Notes under the pieces: model-generated
The model's input: the letters and a program-made list of their open reading frames with translations, nothing else
The model's database searches: none
Told to the model about the DNA's origin: nothing
Assembly: GCA_965153455.1 (NCBI GenBank)
Contig: OZ234494.1
Span: forward strand, 5,022,001-5,086,000
DNA: 64,000 bases
Source of the DNA: Sphagnum compactum
Taxonomy: Eukaryota
Direction of reading: 5' to 3'
Shown: positions 40,343 to 54,436 of the stretch, piece by piece
How the letters are laid out: every line of letters begins with the position of its first letter
Position numbering within the stretch: the stretch's first letter is position 1
Made by a program: the position numbers and the translations under genes

Positions 40343-40993
40343 TGCAGCAGCAGCAGCAGCCCAATGAGTTGTATGGCGTACGGAATCGGCCCTTGTTGCG
40401 GCCCAGGTATCACAGCGGCTGCCCAATCAGACCAGACAAAGAGGCCCTTGTGGTATCCCAGCTGCCCAATCAGACGGTGCATAGAAGCGGCCCTTGTTTT
40501 GAGGCCGGTCTGAAGCGACATCGGCCAGGGCCGACGGCTGTGCCGTATAGTTAGCCGGTCAGATGGGGCAACGGCGCGTCGCTTGTCTCTCCGCAGACTA
40601 AAGAGACTCACAGTGCGCCAGAGATACCTACGAGAGAGCCAAAAAGTAGGACTAGGTACGTAGGTACCTATTTAGACCTTGGCCAACGCTATGTACCTAG
40701 TACCTAGTACCTACCTACCTACCTACCTAATATGAGCTCTACCTATATAGCTGCCAACCGACGATAGGCGGTCACTCAGTTTTGGAGCTGTTGCTACACA
40801 GCCTGGAAATCCATGTCTTATTACATGGGATTTCTTTTCCTTTTCCAGATTCCCATTTCTTTTTTGTCTACTAGTATAACTGTCACTGCGGTCCGCATTA
40901 CTAGTTCTTGGCGTGACCTAGCCATCTTTTACGCATGAAGCCGCGTCTTTTCCGTAGGTTGTTGTTGGGCTCTTTGAGAACCCCCCCCGCCCC

Positions 40994-41341
40994 CAGCCCC
41001 CCCCTTTTTTTTTTACTGGCGAAATTTCGCCAAAAAGCGTAATTAAAAATTAAAAATCGAGAAAAAAAATTATTTTTTAAAAAAGGTTTTTAGTCGCCAG
41101 AAGTGAGAGAAAAAAATAAAATAGAAAAAGGTTAAAAAAAATCACCAGATTCATATATTTGGTTTTCATTGTGTAGCCAGAAATATAGAAAGGTGGTTAA
41201 AGAATTTTTTAAACTTTAATTTTGGTTTATAGCCAGATTTGGCTAAATATTCCTAAGGACGATCGCCATTTCCTCTACATATTCTCACGGATGATCGCCA
41301 CTTTTTGGCTACAAACAAAAATTCCTGAAAAAAAAGCACTG
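40994..41341 (-). mobile_element. hAT-type MITE (reverse orientation), CAG...CACTG, TSD CCCGCCCC/CCCTCCCT
   Basis: Reverse-orientation family motifs TAGCCAGATTTGGCTAAAT and CGCCACTTTTTGGCTACA; 6/8 flanking match in C-rich sequence, so the TSD is weak evidence. Confidence 0.75.
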
Positions 41342-41871
41342 CCCTCCCTTCCACCCCGCACCCCGCCTCCCACGCCATCGAGCAGGTGGCGGACCCCGCC
41401 AAACTAACCGGGGCTGGGTCGTAGGTGGGCTACGACACCCACTACCTCGACAGCACAGCACAGCACAGCTCAGTTGTGGACCCACTTAAGTCCTCCTTTT
41501 TTGGCCAAAAGTCCAGTATCAAAATAATTCACCTTGAGTGGTGTGAAGTGGGCGAGGGAGGCAGGGGACTTCTCTTGTCCACCTTCTTCTCCTCATTAAT
41601 CATCACACTATTTTTATCATTATTATTATACGTATATTATTATTCTACGTATTATTATTATCATTATTATTATCATTATTCTTCTTATAATTATTTCTAG
41701 TCCAGCCCACCTAGCCCACCTTGCCCACCTTATTATAATACGTACTGGGTCCGCCACTTTGCATTGGGTGATTTGTACGGTGTCTTTTTTTGGCCTTTTT
41801 TCTTTCTTCCTTTTCTGTAGCTGAGCCTGTGGGTGATATAATGCAATATTTTTTTCTGGGATCAATAATAA

Positions 41872-41903
<32 letters not shown>

Positions 41904-42323
41904 GCTGGTGTGATTATTCATAAGTTGTTTTTGTTACCAAATTAATTATTAATTAATTAATTAATTAATAAAAATAATTTCCCCATCAGTTGTGAATATG
42001 GAAACCCCATGTTAGGGTTATTATTATTATAGCTTCAACATAGAAAGTGGGCCTTTTCCTCAGTTTATTTCACAAGCTTGAATTATTGATTGAGTGCTTT
42101 TCTCTGGTGCTTTTAGATGGGAAGTAGTTTTTGTAAATAAATTATAATAATAATTATTATAAATTTTTGCTAATTCTTTTTTTTTTTTTTTTTTTTTGGG
42201 CTTGAGCTTGGAACCACTGTGTGACTGGCAACTGAATAGGTAGGCACCTACCACTTATAGCTGTAAAATAATAACCATATCATGGGCATCATTATTACTA
42301 GAGGAGCAATAATAATAATTTTT

Positions 42324-42359
<36 letters not shown>

Positions 42360-43004
42360 GAAGATTTGACATCCAAAATAAAATAATGATAACATGGGGC
42401 ATCATCCATTAGGGCAATGAGCTGCTTATTTTTATTTATTTATTTATTTATATTTTTTTGTTTTTTGTTTTCCTCTCTCTTCTGAAAATTGGACACTCAA
42501 AGTAAGTAATGAGAACCCCCCCCAAAAGAAAAAGAAAAAAAGCACGTGTCAACAAAAAGCACACAAGCCTACTTAATATTGAACTGTGCAAAATTGGCAT
42601 CCCTATCCCCCCCCCCCCCCCCCCCCTTTCCATGCAATGTGCACTCATAATCAATCATCCCTTTTGTGTGCATGCATGCCTATATTAGGTAGCTACCTAC
42701 TTTACCTTTCCATTCATCCTTTTAAAAAATTTCATCCATCCAATGGGTTGAACCAATTGCCCTAGTAGTAGTAGTAGTAGTAGAAGAAGAAGAGGGGTAG
42801 TATCATCACATGTAGACATGTGGAAGAATGAATCAAATTTGATGATTCTTCCATTTTGAAAATAAAACAAAATATTTAAAAAAAAAATCCTAAAAATTCT
42901 TCAGTTTTTTTCTTCACCAAAATATTTGTTCCTTTGATATTTTTTATTTTGAAAATTTCATTATTCCTAAAAAAATAGTACTACTATGGTAGCATCATCC
43001 CCAT

Positions 43005-43273
43005 TGGAGTTTATTTTATTTATTGGCGTGACCAAATTTCTACCTGAAAAATGTGATTTCAACCTATACAAATGATTTTTCATGGAAAGAAATGGCCCAA
43101 ATTTGCCAGATTTTTGATGATTTTTATTTATTTTTTCCTCAAATTGCCAAATTAAAAATTAGAATTTTCCCTACTTTGGTATATACTATGAAACCAAATT
43201 TGGCTAAACTATTTTTTTGGATGATGCCCATTTTGGCTACATCACAAAATCCTTTAAAAAAAAAAACTCCTTG
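43005..43273 (-). mobile_element. hAT-type MITE copy (reverse orientation)
   Basis: CCAAATTTGGCTAAAC...TTTTGGCTACATCACAAAA. Confidence 0.65.
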
Positions 43274-43734
43274 AGATTCTGATTCCTGAATAAAGGATTG
43301 GATTCCCATGGGCCTGGAGACAGGTACCTAGTACCTACCTACCTACCTACCTAGTTGTAAGTTGGGGGAATTCTTTTACCAGGTTTGCTCTTTCCCAACT
43401 AACTAACTCTTGCTTTTTTTCTTTTTCTTTTGGTGGCATTGTAATAAGAATTGGCATTCTTTCTTTCTTTCTTGCTTGCTCTTCCTGCTCTCTCTTCTTT
43501 CTTTCTTGTGCACACCAGGAACGTAGAGCTACGTAGAGCTACGTAGTACACACACATGAACGCGCGTGCGCTTGCTTACTTGCTTTGCTTTGCTTTCCTT
43601 GTTGAATCCTCTTGACTCGGGCAAGCTTTGTAGCTTTGATTGATCGTCTGCTGCTCTGCTGTGCAGTGCAGTCGTCGATGAGGAAGAAGAGCCCAGTCCA
43701 GTCCAAAAGCATCATACATTTCCAACTAAAATAG

Positions 43735-44116
43735 GTATATAACACAAGAGTACGCGGAGTTCAAAGCTGGCAGTTTATTGTTTGCATTCGTGTTTGACCT
43801 GCTGGCGTTATTGTTCTCCCCTTGCTTGATTTGTTTATTCACTTGTACAGTTGTGAGAGAGACTACATTCTGCTGGCACATGGTTGGTGCTCTTTGGGTT
43901 GAACAGTTTGGAGACTTGTTTTGTGGATTCTTTGTTTACTCCCCCTTTCTGTTTCCCTGTGGGAGTTAGAATGTGTTGTGGGTTTCTTGCTTGCTTGCTA
44001 GTTTGTTTTGTTTTGGTTTGGTTTGGATTTTTTTTGGGGGGGGGGAGGGGTGGGGGTGTTTGATTTTGTTTGCGCTTTCCGGAGCTTTCGTTAACTTCTT
44101 TTTTATGGATTCACAG
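43735..44116 (+). other. Probable 5'-UTR intron of the O-fucosyltransferase-family gene
   Basis: AG|GTATAT donor, T-rich body, TTCACAG|G acceptor; CT-rich TSS-like region at ~43400-43600 upstream. Confidence 0.5.
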
Positions 44117-44773
44117 GTTCAACGAGGTCTGTGTATGTAGAGCTGGACTGTGGACAGAATGCGAGTGTGGTCTTTCTGTTGTTGATGTCGCGGAAGCCGT
44201 GAGACTGACTTGGAGATCAAGGCCAGGAATGTGAGATTGCTGCTTCTGGTGAGAGGAATTGGGAGTTGGGTAGGTGGGATCTTCTCCAGGCTTGTTGAAA
44301 GGGTGCCTGGAACTAACTGCGGGGGCGCGGGATTCCACGTAGCAGCACCCCGAGACTGATGGACGACTTGAGAAGAGCGGCATTTTGCGTTCTCCGCATG
44401 ATTCCTCTAGCGATTGCCACCCAGTTCTCCATTCTGAGATCCGTTTGAAAATCCGCGTCAACTTATTAGATGCTTGAGAATTTGGGCTTGCCGCTTCTCT
44501 TTGCTCCCATTCCCTGATGCTGCTGTCGACTGCAGCAGGACCCATGTCTTCAGAGGCCTTCAATCTTAAGGGCAGCAGCAAAAATGTACTGAAGGTGGAG
44601 ATGTGGGTGTTAAGAGAACCAGTAAGATCCGTCTAGGGCAGAAGGATTCTCTAGGACTTGGAAAGGACAAGACTTGTGTGTCTCTGAGCCCGTCATCCAC
44701 CCGCGGGAATTTGAGAGAGCGAGAGAGAGAGAGAGAGTCCTACTTGGGACACTGGGGACTCAACAAGAAAGAA

Positions 44774-47700
44774 ATGGGTCAGTGGGATTCAACAGGCCCA
44801 GGGCCAGGTGTAGTAGTAGTAGGATCAGCCATGGGGATGGGAGGAGGGGGAAGAGATGTGACTAATGTGCTTCTTAGCCCACTGACAAAGGGCACCATGA
44901 GCCCTAAGAAGCGGTTTCCAAATCCCAAATGTGGGGAGGAGATCAATGACCCATTCAAGATTTACCAGTATCTCACAGCTGACCAGCTTGAGGGGGGCAA
45001 GGAGAGTGCGGCGGGGATGGTGGACAGTAGTGATGTATGCTTGCTTAAAGTTTCCCACCACAACACCAGCAGCAAGCTGCAAGGGATGGAGCAGGCAGGT
45101 TTTGTAAACGATTTAGGTCATTTCTTGGTTCGCAACTCGTCAGTTATCTCTCAAACGTTCAGCAAAAAGAGGAGCTATCTGCAGTCAAGCTTCTATGTTT
45201 TTGCCCTTCTGGTGCTCACTTTCCTGTTCGTGAAGATCACATCGGTTGGGTTACTAAGAGTGGAGTCTCAGAACTATTCGGCTATTAAGGTGGGATTCAT
45301 CTCCTCCTCCTGCCTTTCTTGTCTCCTTCATAGTACTCTACAATATTCTTATCAGTGATTGCAATGTCCTCATGTAAGTACTTTTTCAGGCCAAAGAGAT
45401 AAGTGCGCAAGGATTTAGTCTCAGTTTTGTGAGGGACCTTAACCCCCCTGCCCCACCCTCCTACTTCCTTCTTCCCAAAACCCTGAAAAAGTCTTCTGTA
45501 AAGCCGGGAAGCTGTGGTGGGCAAGGAAGCTAAGTTCCCTCAATTCACAAGGTTTCACTAAACATTAGCAATATCTGTTGTTGCATTACAAGCATAAGCT
45601 GGGAGAAAGAGTTTTTTTATCGGTCTTAAAATTTTATTCAGTTGCAATTCTTGATTTTTTTTATTAGGTACTGGAAGAGAGGCTGGTTCTTCAAGCGGTG
45701 AAGGTCGAGTCCAGTGAGGCACGCAAAGAGTTTGTAACGCAAGTATTCAAGGATGGTTCAATATTAGTACTATCATCTGACAAACACAATGAGCATGGTG
45801 AAGGTTATCAGAAGGTAAAACCAGTCCGTAAGTTCATCACATGTTGCTTCTTTTCACCTGCTGGGCTTTTGTAGCTTGTTTACAGCTGGGTCTAGGTCTT
45901 GGTATGCCATATTCATGATGTTCAATGGCAAACAAATAGGGTTTAATCTTTGGCTGATCTCTGATTCATCACCTGATGTGCAAACCAAAAGTTTTGAGTG
46001 GTTACTGAATTCGTAGTCAAGTGGCTCTTGCAACTCCCTCCCTACTCCTCCCATGTACAAGCACATAAGTGGATCCTGCCAACAACATTGGCATGCCAAC
46101 AGGAGTCTTCCATGATGATCATTGATTTGTTAAATTTTGACTTTTGCTTTGACATTAGCTTCTGCACCAGGGTTGAGTGGCTGCTTATGGTCTGAGGAAT
46201 TATGTATTCACTGTCATGTGCATCTTATGCAGACTGCTGTGTTTGGGACAAGTGAACTGTGGGCAAAGCCAATGAGTCAAAATCTTGAGCAGTGTGTAGT
46301 TCGGAGCAAAGCCAACAGCCGTAAGTGTTAGTTATCAAATTTTGCAAATCAGTGGTTGTCTGTCTTTTCAACAAATTTGATAAACTTGCACGTGAAAGCA
46401 GATTCCACCAAGGTCTGCTGTCTGAATTGTTTCGGTTTTTTCCCTGCAGGTCCTGAAAATGGTACAAATGGGTACCTTTTAGTCAATGCCAATGGTGGCC
46501 TAAATCAAATGCGAGCAGGGGTTCGTAGATATTCAAACTCCATCTTGTCACTTGGGGCGGCACATCTAGGTTATGGTCAAGATTGCATTTCCAGTTGTTG
46601 TAGGCCTTCATCTTTCTTTCTGTGCATGGGTGTCAGTAGGTGAAGTTGCAGCAGCCATGAGAATTTTTTTCATGATGAGCTGACAAGTAGTCCACCAGGG
46701 ATGCATGTGAGATGAGTGCAAAATCATCTGTTGATAGATCTTTCAAAATGGTTGCAAATATGGATCGCAGAGTCAAGCCTTGTGGTAGGATAGCTAACCA
46801 AGGTCAATTTTTCATTATCCTGTTTGATAACCATTGAGTTGTGGTTTTCAGATTTGTGATATGGTTGCGGTGGCAAAGCTGATGAACGCTACACTCGTGG
46901 TTCCAACTCTTGATCACAGCTCTTTCTGGGCTGATCCCAGGTTGGCCCAAAGTCTGCTGCAGGACATGTCCAAATTTCAGTTTAGGGAGTGTGGATAAAT
47001 CAAAATGATTTTGTTTGTTATTGCTGGTAAACAAAGGGTTATGATACACACCACCAAACTATATTTTCCCTTGAATGGAAGAAGCTGAAAGTTGATTTCT
47101 GGTTACAGTGAGTTTGGAGATATTTTTGATGTGCATCATTTTGTGGAGTCACTGCGGGAGGATGTCCATGTTGTAGAGGAGGTTCCAGCACATCTTGCTC
47201 ATATCAATCCCATGATGAAGGCGCCAATCTCTTGGTCCAAGGTGAAATTTCTTGTCTTTCCTTTCTTCACATGCAATGTTATTCTAAACCTTATGACAAG
47301 TTGCTGCTCTCCATCCCAAATGTTTTCAGGACTTTTTGGATACAAGGAAAGTGATGGAGCTTCTGCTTCCATTACATTTGAGAGATTTGGCCTGGTTTTT
47401 GCAGGCACCCTATTATGAGGAATTAGTGCCATTACTGCAGCAACAGAAAGTGTTGTATTTCACACACGCTGATTCACGATTGGCAAACAACAATTTGCCA
47501 GACTCAATACAGCAACTACGGTGCCATGCCAATTACAATGCTCTCAGGTTTGCAGAACCCATTCAGACGCTAGGACGCACTCTTGTTGAGCGCCTTCAAC
47601 AAGATGGCCCTTATATTGCGTTACATCTCAGGTAAATTTTTTGTTCCCTGAGTACTCAAAAGTGGTTTTAGCAATTCTTCAAAGGGATACAAGCTTCCTT

Positions 47701-48763
47701 TTTTGATGATGAAGTGAACGTGCCATTCAAATGTGCGTTACTAATACTTGCAAGGTTTGGGTCACAGCTTGTCTTACTATGGTTAATCTAGGAGGAGTGT
47801 CTTGTGGTAGGCATGGTAACATAGGTTGACTACTCATGGTGCAGATATGAGAAAGACATGTTGGCATTCACTGGATGCGCACACGGGCTTTCTACCTCGG
47901 AAGTGGATGAACTCCGTCAAATGCGTTATGATGTCAAACACTGGAAGGAGAAGGAGATTGATGGAGAAGAAAAGCGGAAGCAAGGGGGTTGTCCACTGAC
48001 CCCACTTGAAACAGGTCTTTTATTGAAGGCCCTTGGATACTCTGCAGCCACGAAGATTTACATTGTGGCCGGGGAGATCTATGGGAATGGAAGCTTGGAC
48101 TCCTTAAAACACATGTTTCCTAATGTTTACTCTCACATGACATTGGCAACTGAAGATGAACTGGCTCCACTCAAGGGCTTTCAGAATCGCCTTGCAGCGT
48201 TAGACTACATAATGGCACTTGCAAGTAATGTTTTTGTGTACACCTATGATGGCAATATGGCCAAGACTGTACAAGGACATCGTCAATTTGAGGGCTACCA
48301 AAAAACAATTAGCCCTGATAGGTACTATTTTTTTCCCTCTCCTCCTTTCATGGTTGGTGTGAAGACTTTCTCAACAACAAATTCCCTAGTGGCGCATCTT
48401 GCTGAAGTGGAAGCTAATACAATTTGTATTAATTCAAACTTTGGGTTTCCAACAATTGGTTTTTGAATTGTATCTTACTTTTGGCTGGATGTTGAAGAGG
48501 GTGTGCATGAACTAATACTAAGGGCCTGTTGTATTTGCAGAGAAAGTCTGGTGAGGCTTGTGGATGAGTATGAAACGGGCACAATACCTTGGGAAGCATT
48601 TGAAGCTGATGTAAGGAAGATTCATATGGAACGAATAGGTGCACCACATTTGCGAGAGGTTGGGGAGTCCCCCAAATTGGAGGAGAATTTTTACGCTAAC
48701 CCATACCCAGGATGCATTTGTGAGAAGCAGCAATATAGCCGGCGCCTATTGAATAAGCCCTAA
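44774..48763 (+). CDS. GT106 / plant O-fucosyltransferase-family glycosyltransferase (probably FRIABLE1/OFUT19-like clade), 656 aa; exons 44774-45289, 45668-45814, 46233-46320, 46450-46520, 46852-46940, 47109-47241, 47405-47631, 47845-48321, 48541-48763
   Basis: All introns GT-AG with consistent phases; exons total 1971 nt. Type II TM helix ([17 protein letters not shown]). Motifs [105 protein letters not shown]. Clade assignment and start codon are less certain than the family call. Confidence 0.95.
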
Positions 48764-48896
48764 ATTCTGCCCAATGGCAGCGTACAAAAGTGTTACTCTA
48801 CCTACTTGTGTACTGTATCAATGGAACTACTTTATTTAGGACAATGGTGAGCACAGGACTCTGGCAAGTTGATACTTGCTTTCAGACTTGCCCCAT

Positions 48897-48937
<41 letters not shown>

Positions 48938-51900
48938 CCATAGCTCCAGTTTGCATTAATTGCAATCTGCAGCTATGGATCCCTATGCCCCCCATTTTTT
49001 TCCTAGGGACCAACAATAAACATTCTTTTGTAGGTTGGAAATATTGCCAGTACCAAGTAGTCCTGCAATTCTCTATTTGGTTGCTTGCCAATGATTAGCT
49101 ACTGCACCTTGCACCTTGCACTCCGTATATCTTCCTGATGACCATCATCTTTGCTGGTAATGGCATTTCCTAATATTGGAAGGGTTTGTGAATACACTTC
49201 TTCCCACTTCTATTTTTCTCCCTATTTCCCATCACCTCCATTAAACTGTACATGGCAATAAAGAGTCGCAATTTTACCCCACTAGGTTGCCTTCATCTTT
49301 GAGTTGATTATTGTCGTGTTTTTCTGTACTTTTCTGAAGAAAGAAAGAGATCACAAAGGATTATGTTCCTTTGCATGTTCTACATCTTATCCCTTTTTCG
49401 TTTTCTCAAATTGAGCCACAATCAAGAGGAGCTCTTCCCACCTTTCAACTCCACGGTCATGTAACCCACTTCATGTCCCCTTGATTAACCCTTTGATTCA
49501 CCATCAAATCCCACTTGCTTGATATTCGTTATTTGGTTTCTGAATACTGATCACCAATTTGTGCACAAGGGATTTTTGTCCTGCAAGTTGATGCTTAGAA
49601 GCTTGACCACTTGACCCATTTAACAAGCTACTCGGAACCAAACATATCTCAAAATCCAATCACATCTTGACGATTTACCTTTGATCCAATATTTCAAATG
49701 TTGTTTGTTGCAATTAGACCAACTTTGGTCCAGGATTTTAGAGATCTTCCATCAAAGATCATAAATGTAATCCCACTTTCAAACATGTGTTGTCACCATG
49801 AAGATTTCTTCCCTTTAGATCTTAAACTCTTGAGCCTATAACCTAATAGAAGATTTCCATGGCTTGTCTCTTGTTGATAGTCCTCAAACAAATAGTTCAA
49901 CAATAGAACTTTGCATTAACTACTTTTTATTTAAATCACCTTGAGCCCACCACAACCAAAAAGTTGACACATTTGTCTCCCAATGCATTTGAGATTTATG
50001 TGATGCGGTACCATCTCTCCTTGGCCAAATGTAATTGTTAAACATGGTTCTAGATTTAATTCAAGGTGCTTAACACAATTCCATGGACCATAGTGTTACT
50101 AGTACCATATATATAGTTAGATATAAGGACCTTATTAACCATGGATAGAGACTTTGTTTTGTTAACAAACTAGTTTTTTTGGTGACAAAAGCATTAGGTA
50201 AACATTAACGAGTTCTTGAGTGATGCTAATTTCATCTCTCTCATTATTGTTTTTCAAGTTATGAGTTCATTCTATTGATTGTTGTTTCTGGTTTGTTCTC
50301 TTGGTTTGAAATTATCCTCAAGTTGTGAGAGCCCCTTTAATTCCAAGGTTTTGATAGTTCATTTGAATGTAATGTTTGGGTTATTGTAATTTGTGGCATT
50401 ATTGCTTCAATTTAGGTAGTCCAAAGGTTCTAGAGGTTCTTGCATTAAGTAGTTAGAATGGATCAGATTTTAGTTATTTCTTTTACACCCCAAGACGATG
50501 TTTTAGCTAGTGACATGTGTATTTAGTTAGAATTAATATTAGTGGCAGATAAGCACCAGTGATAGACATGAGGACTTGTAGGACTTGTTTTATCCTTTCA
50601 ACAATTTATCACAAATTAGACTTTAAATTACCATTTGAGAATTCATGCATTTATTGGGTGTTGTTCCAATGGTTGTTATTGATGGACTTGATCGAATAAA
50701 TGTAGAATTTGAATCTTGACAATAGCAAAGTCTAAAATGTGGATGGGAAGTTTCAAAAGTTTTTCCAAAAAAAGGTTATGAACTAGTTGAATCTTAATCA
50801 TTCTTCATATTTTGTTAAAATTATTTGCAAATGAACTAATGTGAAACATGACATTTCTTATTCCATGTTGAGCATGGAGATGTGTTGTATCTCATTGATA
50901 TCATACTAGATTTTACTAAAGAGGAGTTGGCTTTATATAATCTTGGATGGAAACATGGGAATGGATGCAACATATAATCTTTGTTACCTTTTGTTAAGGT
51001 TGTATTGAAAGGCCCAAAGGTGTGACCATATCAATGGTTTTTTCTATTGGTTTACCCTTGGTGGTTAGGATTATTGGAGTAGCATGTTTATGTTCATGTT
51101 ATTCAACCTATGGTAGAAATGGTTATTTCAATAATGATGCATGGCCATTAATTTCGTATCGATCATTTAAAAAATTTGAACCATGATGGGTTATGTTTTC
51201 CAAAATTGTGTATAACAATCAATTGACAAGTTCAAAAGGCATGTCAAACAATAACTTTGCCACCATTCCTTTTCAATGGCCACCTATCTTGCATGTGGCC
51301 ATTGATGCATCTTTTCATTTTGTGGTTCATTTTAAAAGGCACATGACTTGGACATGATTAGTTTAGAGAAAGATGATATTCTTTGAGCTAAACATAAAGC
51401 ATGGGTGTATTCTCCTTTATTGAACACTCATTTGGGAGGTGTTGAAACCTATTATGATCATTCACAATGTTGTCTTAAACTTATGATATGTTCGTTTTGG
51501 TGGTGTGATGTCTATTCAAGAGAATGGCATGTGAAATGCATATTTTCTTTGACAATATTCATTCATGAATGACCACATGATACCTACCATATGTAAGGAT
51601 GTCATAGAACTTTTGGAATGTGTTATGGTTGATTTGAATGTTATTTCAGTTTTGTGTGTTATGTTTGTGTTGAGAGGTAGAAGTGATGACAATGTTGCAC
51701 AAAATAAACAACAAAGAAAAAACTAAAGGAAACAAATGATAGAACCGTCACAAGGTCATACACCAAAATTACAAATCATTAAATCACTTTTCTTGAACCC
51801 AAGAATATATGGAAGAATAGTAAGTCCCATTACTATTTGCTAAATGATGAACATTTCAATATGTTGTGTGATGAAAAAATATTACATGTCAGTTGCCCAA

Positions 51901-52489
51901 TATTTCTAGAAGCATAGTATGTTGAATCAAGATTTGGATTTTCATAGATATTATGTACATAAAGGAAAAATGAATAACAAAATAAAAGTGATAACCAAAG
52001 TGCAAAAAGGGGAACAAGTAATGTAAGGAAGCGAAGAAAAGTGATAACTCACAAAGACAAAATCAAATTGGAAAAAGAAAAACTATGTGACAAGAGAATC
52101 AAAGCAAACCAAAAAGGGCTAATGGAGAAGAGGTGAAACATGTGACAAAACCAATAATAAGATAAAGAACCAAAAGTGGGGTTCCACCAAAAATGCAAAG
52201 GCAAAGGAGGAGGAAGAAGAGCGGTAGGCATTAGTAAGCATATTAGTAGATGGTGAGAATGAGAAAGAAGAAGGTCGTGTCCAAAGAAAAAGATTGAAAA
52301 GGTTTGATACAAAGCACATTAGATTATGGAGAAAGAGACAAGGAAGATGAGAGGATATGGGAAAGGAAACATACAAGAAGAAAAAGGGTATGAAAGAGGG
52401 ATGGTGCAAGAGGATAGGGACCTTAGTTACACCGTCTAATCAGATTTTAAGAAGCAAGATGAATGACCCCCTTTATTTACCCTTTGAAG

Positions 52490-52747
52490 TAGTCTTCCTT
52501 TTATTGGTGAAATTTTGCCACACCATAAATTTTTTACTTTTACATTTGCAAAAAATGAGTTTTGGGGGGCTTTTTTGTTGTCATATTTCTCAAACTGTTT
52601 ACACAAGTTTCCAGTAAGCAGCCAATAATATAGGAGGATGCTTGGATTACTACTTATAATTCATTTATAGCCAAATTTGGCTAAACCTTTTTTATGGATG
52701 ATGTCCACCTTAGCTACATCAAAAAATTGCTATTGAAAAATACATTG
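52490..52747 (-). mobile_element. hAT-type MITE copy (reverse orientation)
   Basis: TATAGCCAAATTTGGCTAAAC...TAGCTACATCAAAAAA...CATTG; flanks CTTTGAAG/CCCTGAAC (5/8). Confidence 0.65.
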
Positions 52748-53845
52748 CCCTGAACCATTTCAAAGGGGGAGAAGCAAACCTCTAAGTTTGGTGACTTCTG
52801 AGCTTTCTCCAACTTCATTACCTATTTCCCCCCTTGCGTGTTGCCAAAGCTTCTACAAGTGTTTGGGACATTGTGTGACCTACTACTACTACCCATAGTA
52901 GTACTACCATGGAAGCTTCTACACGGATTTTTTAATTTTCCAAAATGTTGAAATGTTTAAAACAATTTTTTTTTAAATTAATTTTTTTTAAAAGAAAGTT
53001 TGTTTGTTAAGGAAAATAGAGAATCATTTAGAATATTCTGGAAGGTTCTATTCTTCAACATGGAATGTTTCAATATTAAATAATTATTTTCAACCCTCAA
53101 AATGTTGAAATTGCCATAGGTGGGTAGGTACTATGGTAATTAAAATCTGGTGTGTTTCTTCTACTCATACACCCTATATAATTGTAAGCAACCCTCAACC
53201 AATAATAATAATAATAATAATGGAAGCTTGAATTTGCACTACCAACCAATCCCACAATTATTCCCCAACCTTTGCAATTATCCTCGGCCTACCAGCTAGG
53301 TACCTTGGCCCACAGGTTGATGAGCCAAAGTATGAGTTTTGTCAAGAGGTATCTAGTATCTACCTCCCTCCAAAGGTTAGGGGCTAGGAGTAGGGATGAA
53401 TTATTCAACCTTTGTTCAGACTTATTTAACCTTTTAACATATTAACAAGCATGTCAAAATTCAGTGAAATTTCAAGGGGGTAATGTATATAATATATAGA
53501 TATATAGCAAGGGGAAGTTCTCCACAAATAAAGTTTATAATATATTTGAGCAACTATCTATAAACCTTAAAACTCAAGGGTGGTGTAAAAATCTCTTCAC
53601 ACAAATTGTTAGCTTGCAATTAACACAAAACATTTGCGAAAATCGGAATATAGTATGTATCATCCTATCTTCTCATCTAAATCTACAACTAATAGATGAT
53701 TTTCACTAGACTAATATTAAATGAATTAGACTTATAAATCATTTGTTTGATAATCTCAATTTCATTTGTTGATTAATTAATGATATTTCATATTCATTTT
53801 TTATAGTCCAAGAGTGAATTGGGTTAATGAACTATAAACCCACAT

Positions 53846-54436
53846 GTGTTAACAAGTGCAAGCTATATTGACTCTAATGCAAAGGCACCTAGTATTCCAT
53901 GGTCTTCTATAGAGCTTTTTGAACACTTTTTAAAAATTGGGAAACTTTCTCATGACCAATATGTGAAGAGCTTCCCCAAAGCTTCATTATTTAGGACTTC
54001 ATATTTGTTTGTCCACTTTACACAAAGTGATGCACTTGATAAAAAATAGCAGAAAGTTAGGCCATAATTTGCAAACATAACACATTACTATTGGATGTGT
54101 CTTAGGTTGATTGCTGCGGATGATGATTGCCTCAACCAAAGCCCAAAGCTTGCTAGAAAAAATCCTTCAGAAATATTGGATTGGGTATGGAGAGAATTTG
54201 TTTACATTAGACTTAAGCACCAATGTATGTAACAAACACTCTTCTTTGAGAAAGAAAAATTGTCAGGTCACAAGTTTGGAAGTAGCTAGAAGCGAGGAAT
54301 AAGACTTGGAATTTATTTATACAGGCTAGAACAGATTCAAGCACAAGAGTACTACATAGTTGCAAAGAAAAGTGAAAGGAAGAGGAAGACTGAAGGGAAG
54401 AAACTGAGAAAGTTTTATATGAGCAACAAAACTTGA
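53846..54436 (+). pseudogene. Possible decayed coding sequence of unknown family
   Basis: One frame runs ~196 codons with only 4 internal stops (TAG/TAA) and protein-like composition (…PSEILDWVWREFVYIRLKHQ…). Confidence 0.3.

Noticed and set aside
40177-40611. 144-aa minus-strand ORF and 70-aa plus-strand ORF
   Set aside because: They span a MITE and GC-rich motif repeats and resemble no domain.
44111-44581. 156-aa antisense ORF in the O-FucT leader
   Set aside because: Non-ATG start, no recognisable domain; explained by a GC-richer UTR.
52000-52420. Purine-rich stretch with ORFs
   Set aside because: Low-complexity GA-rich sequence with no protein signature.
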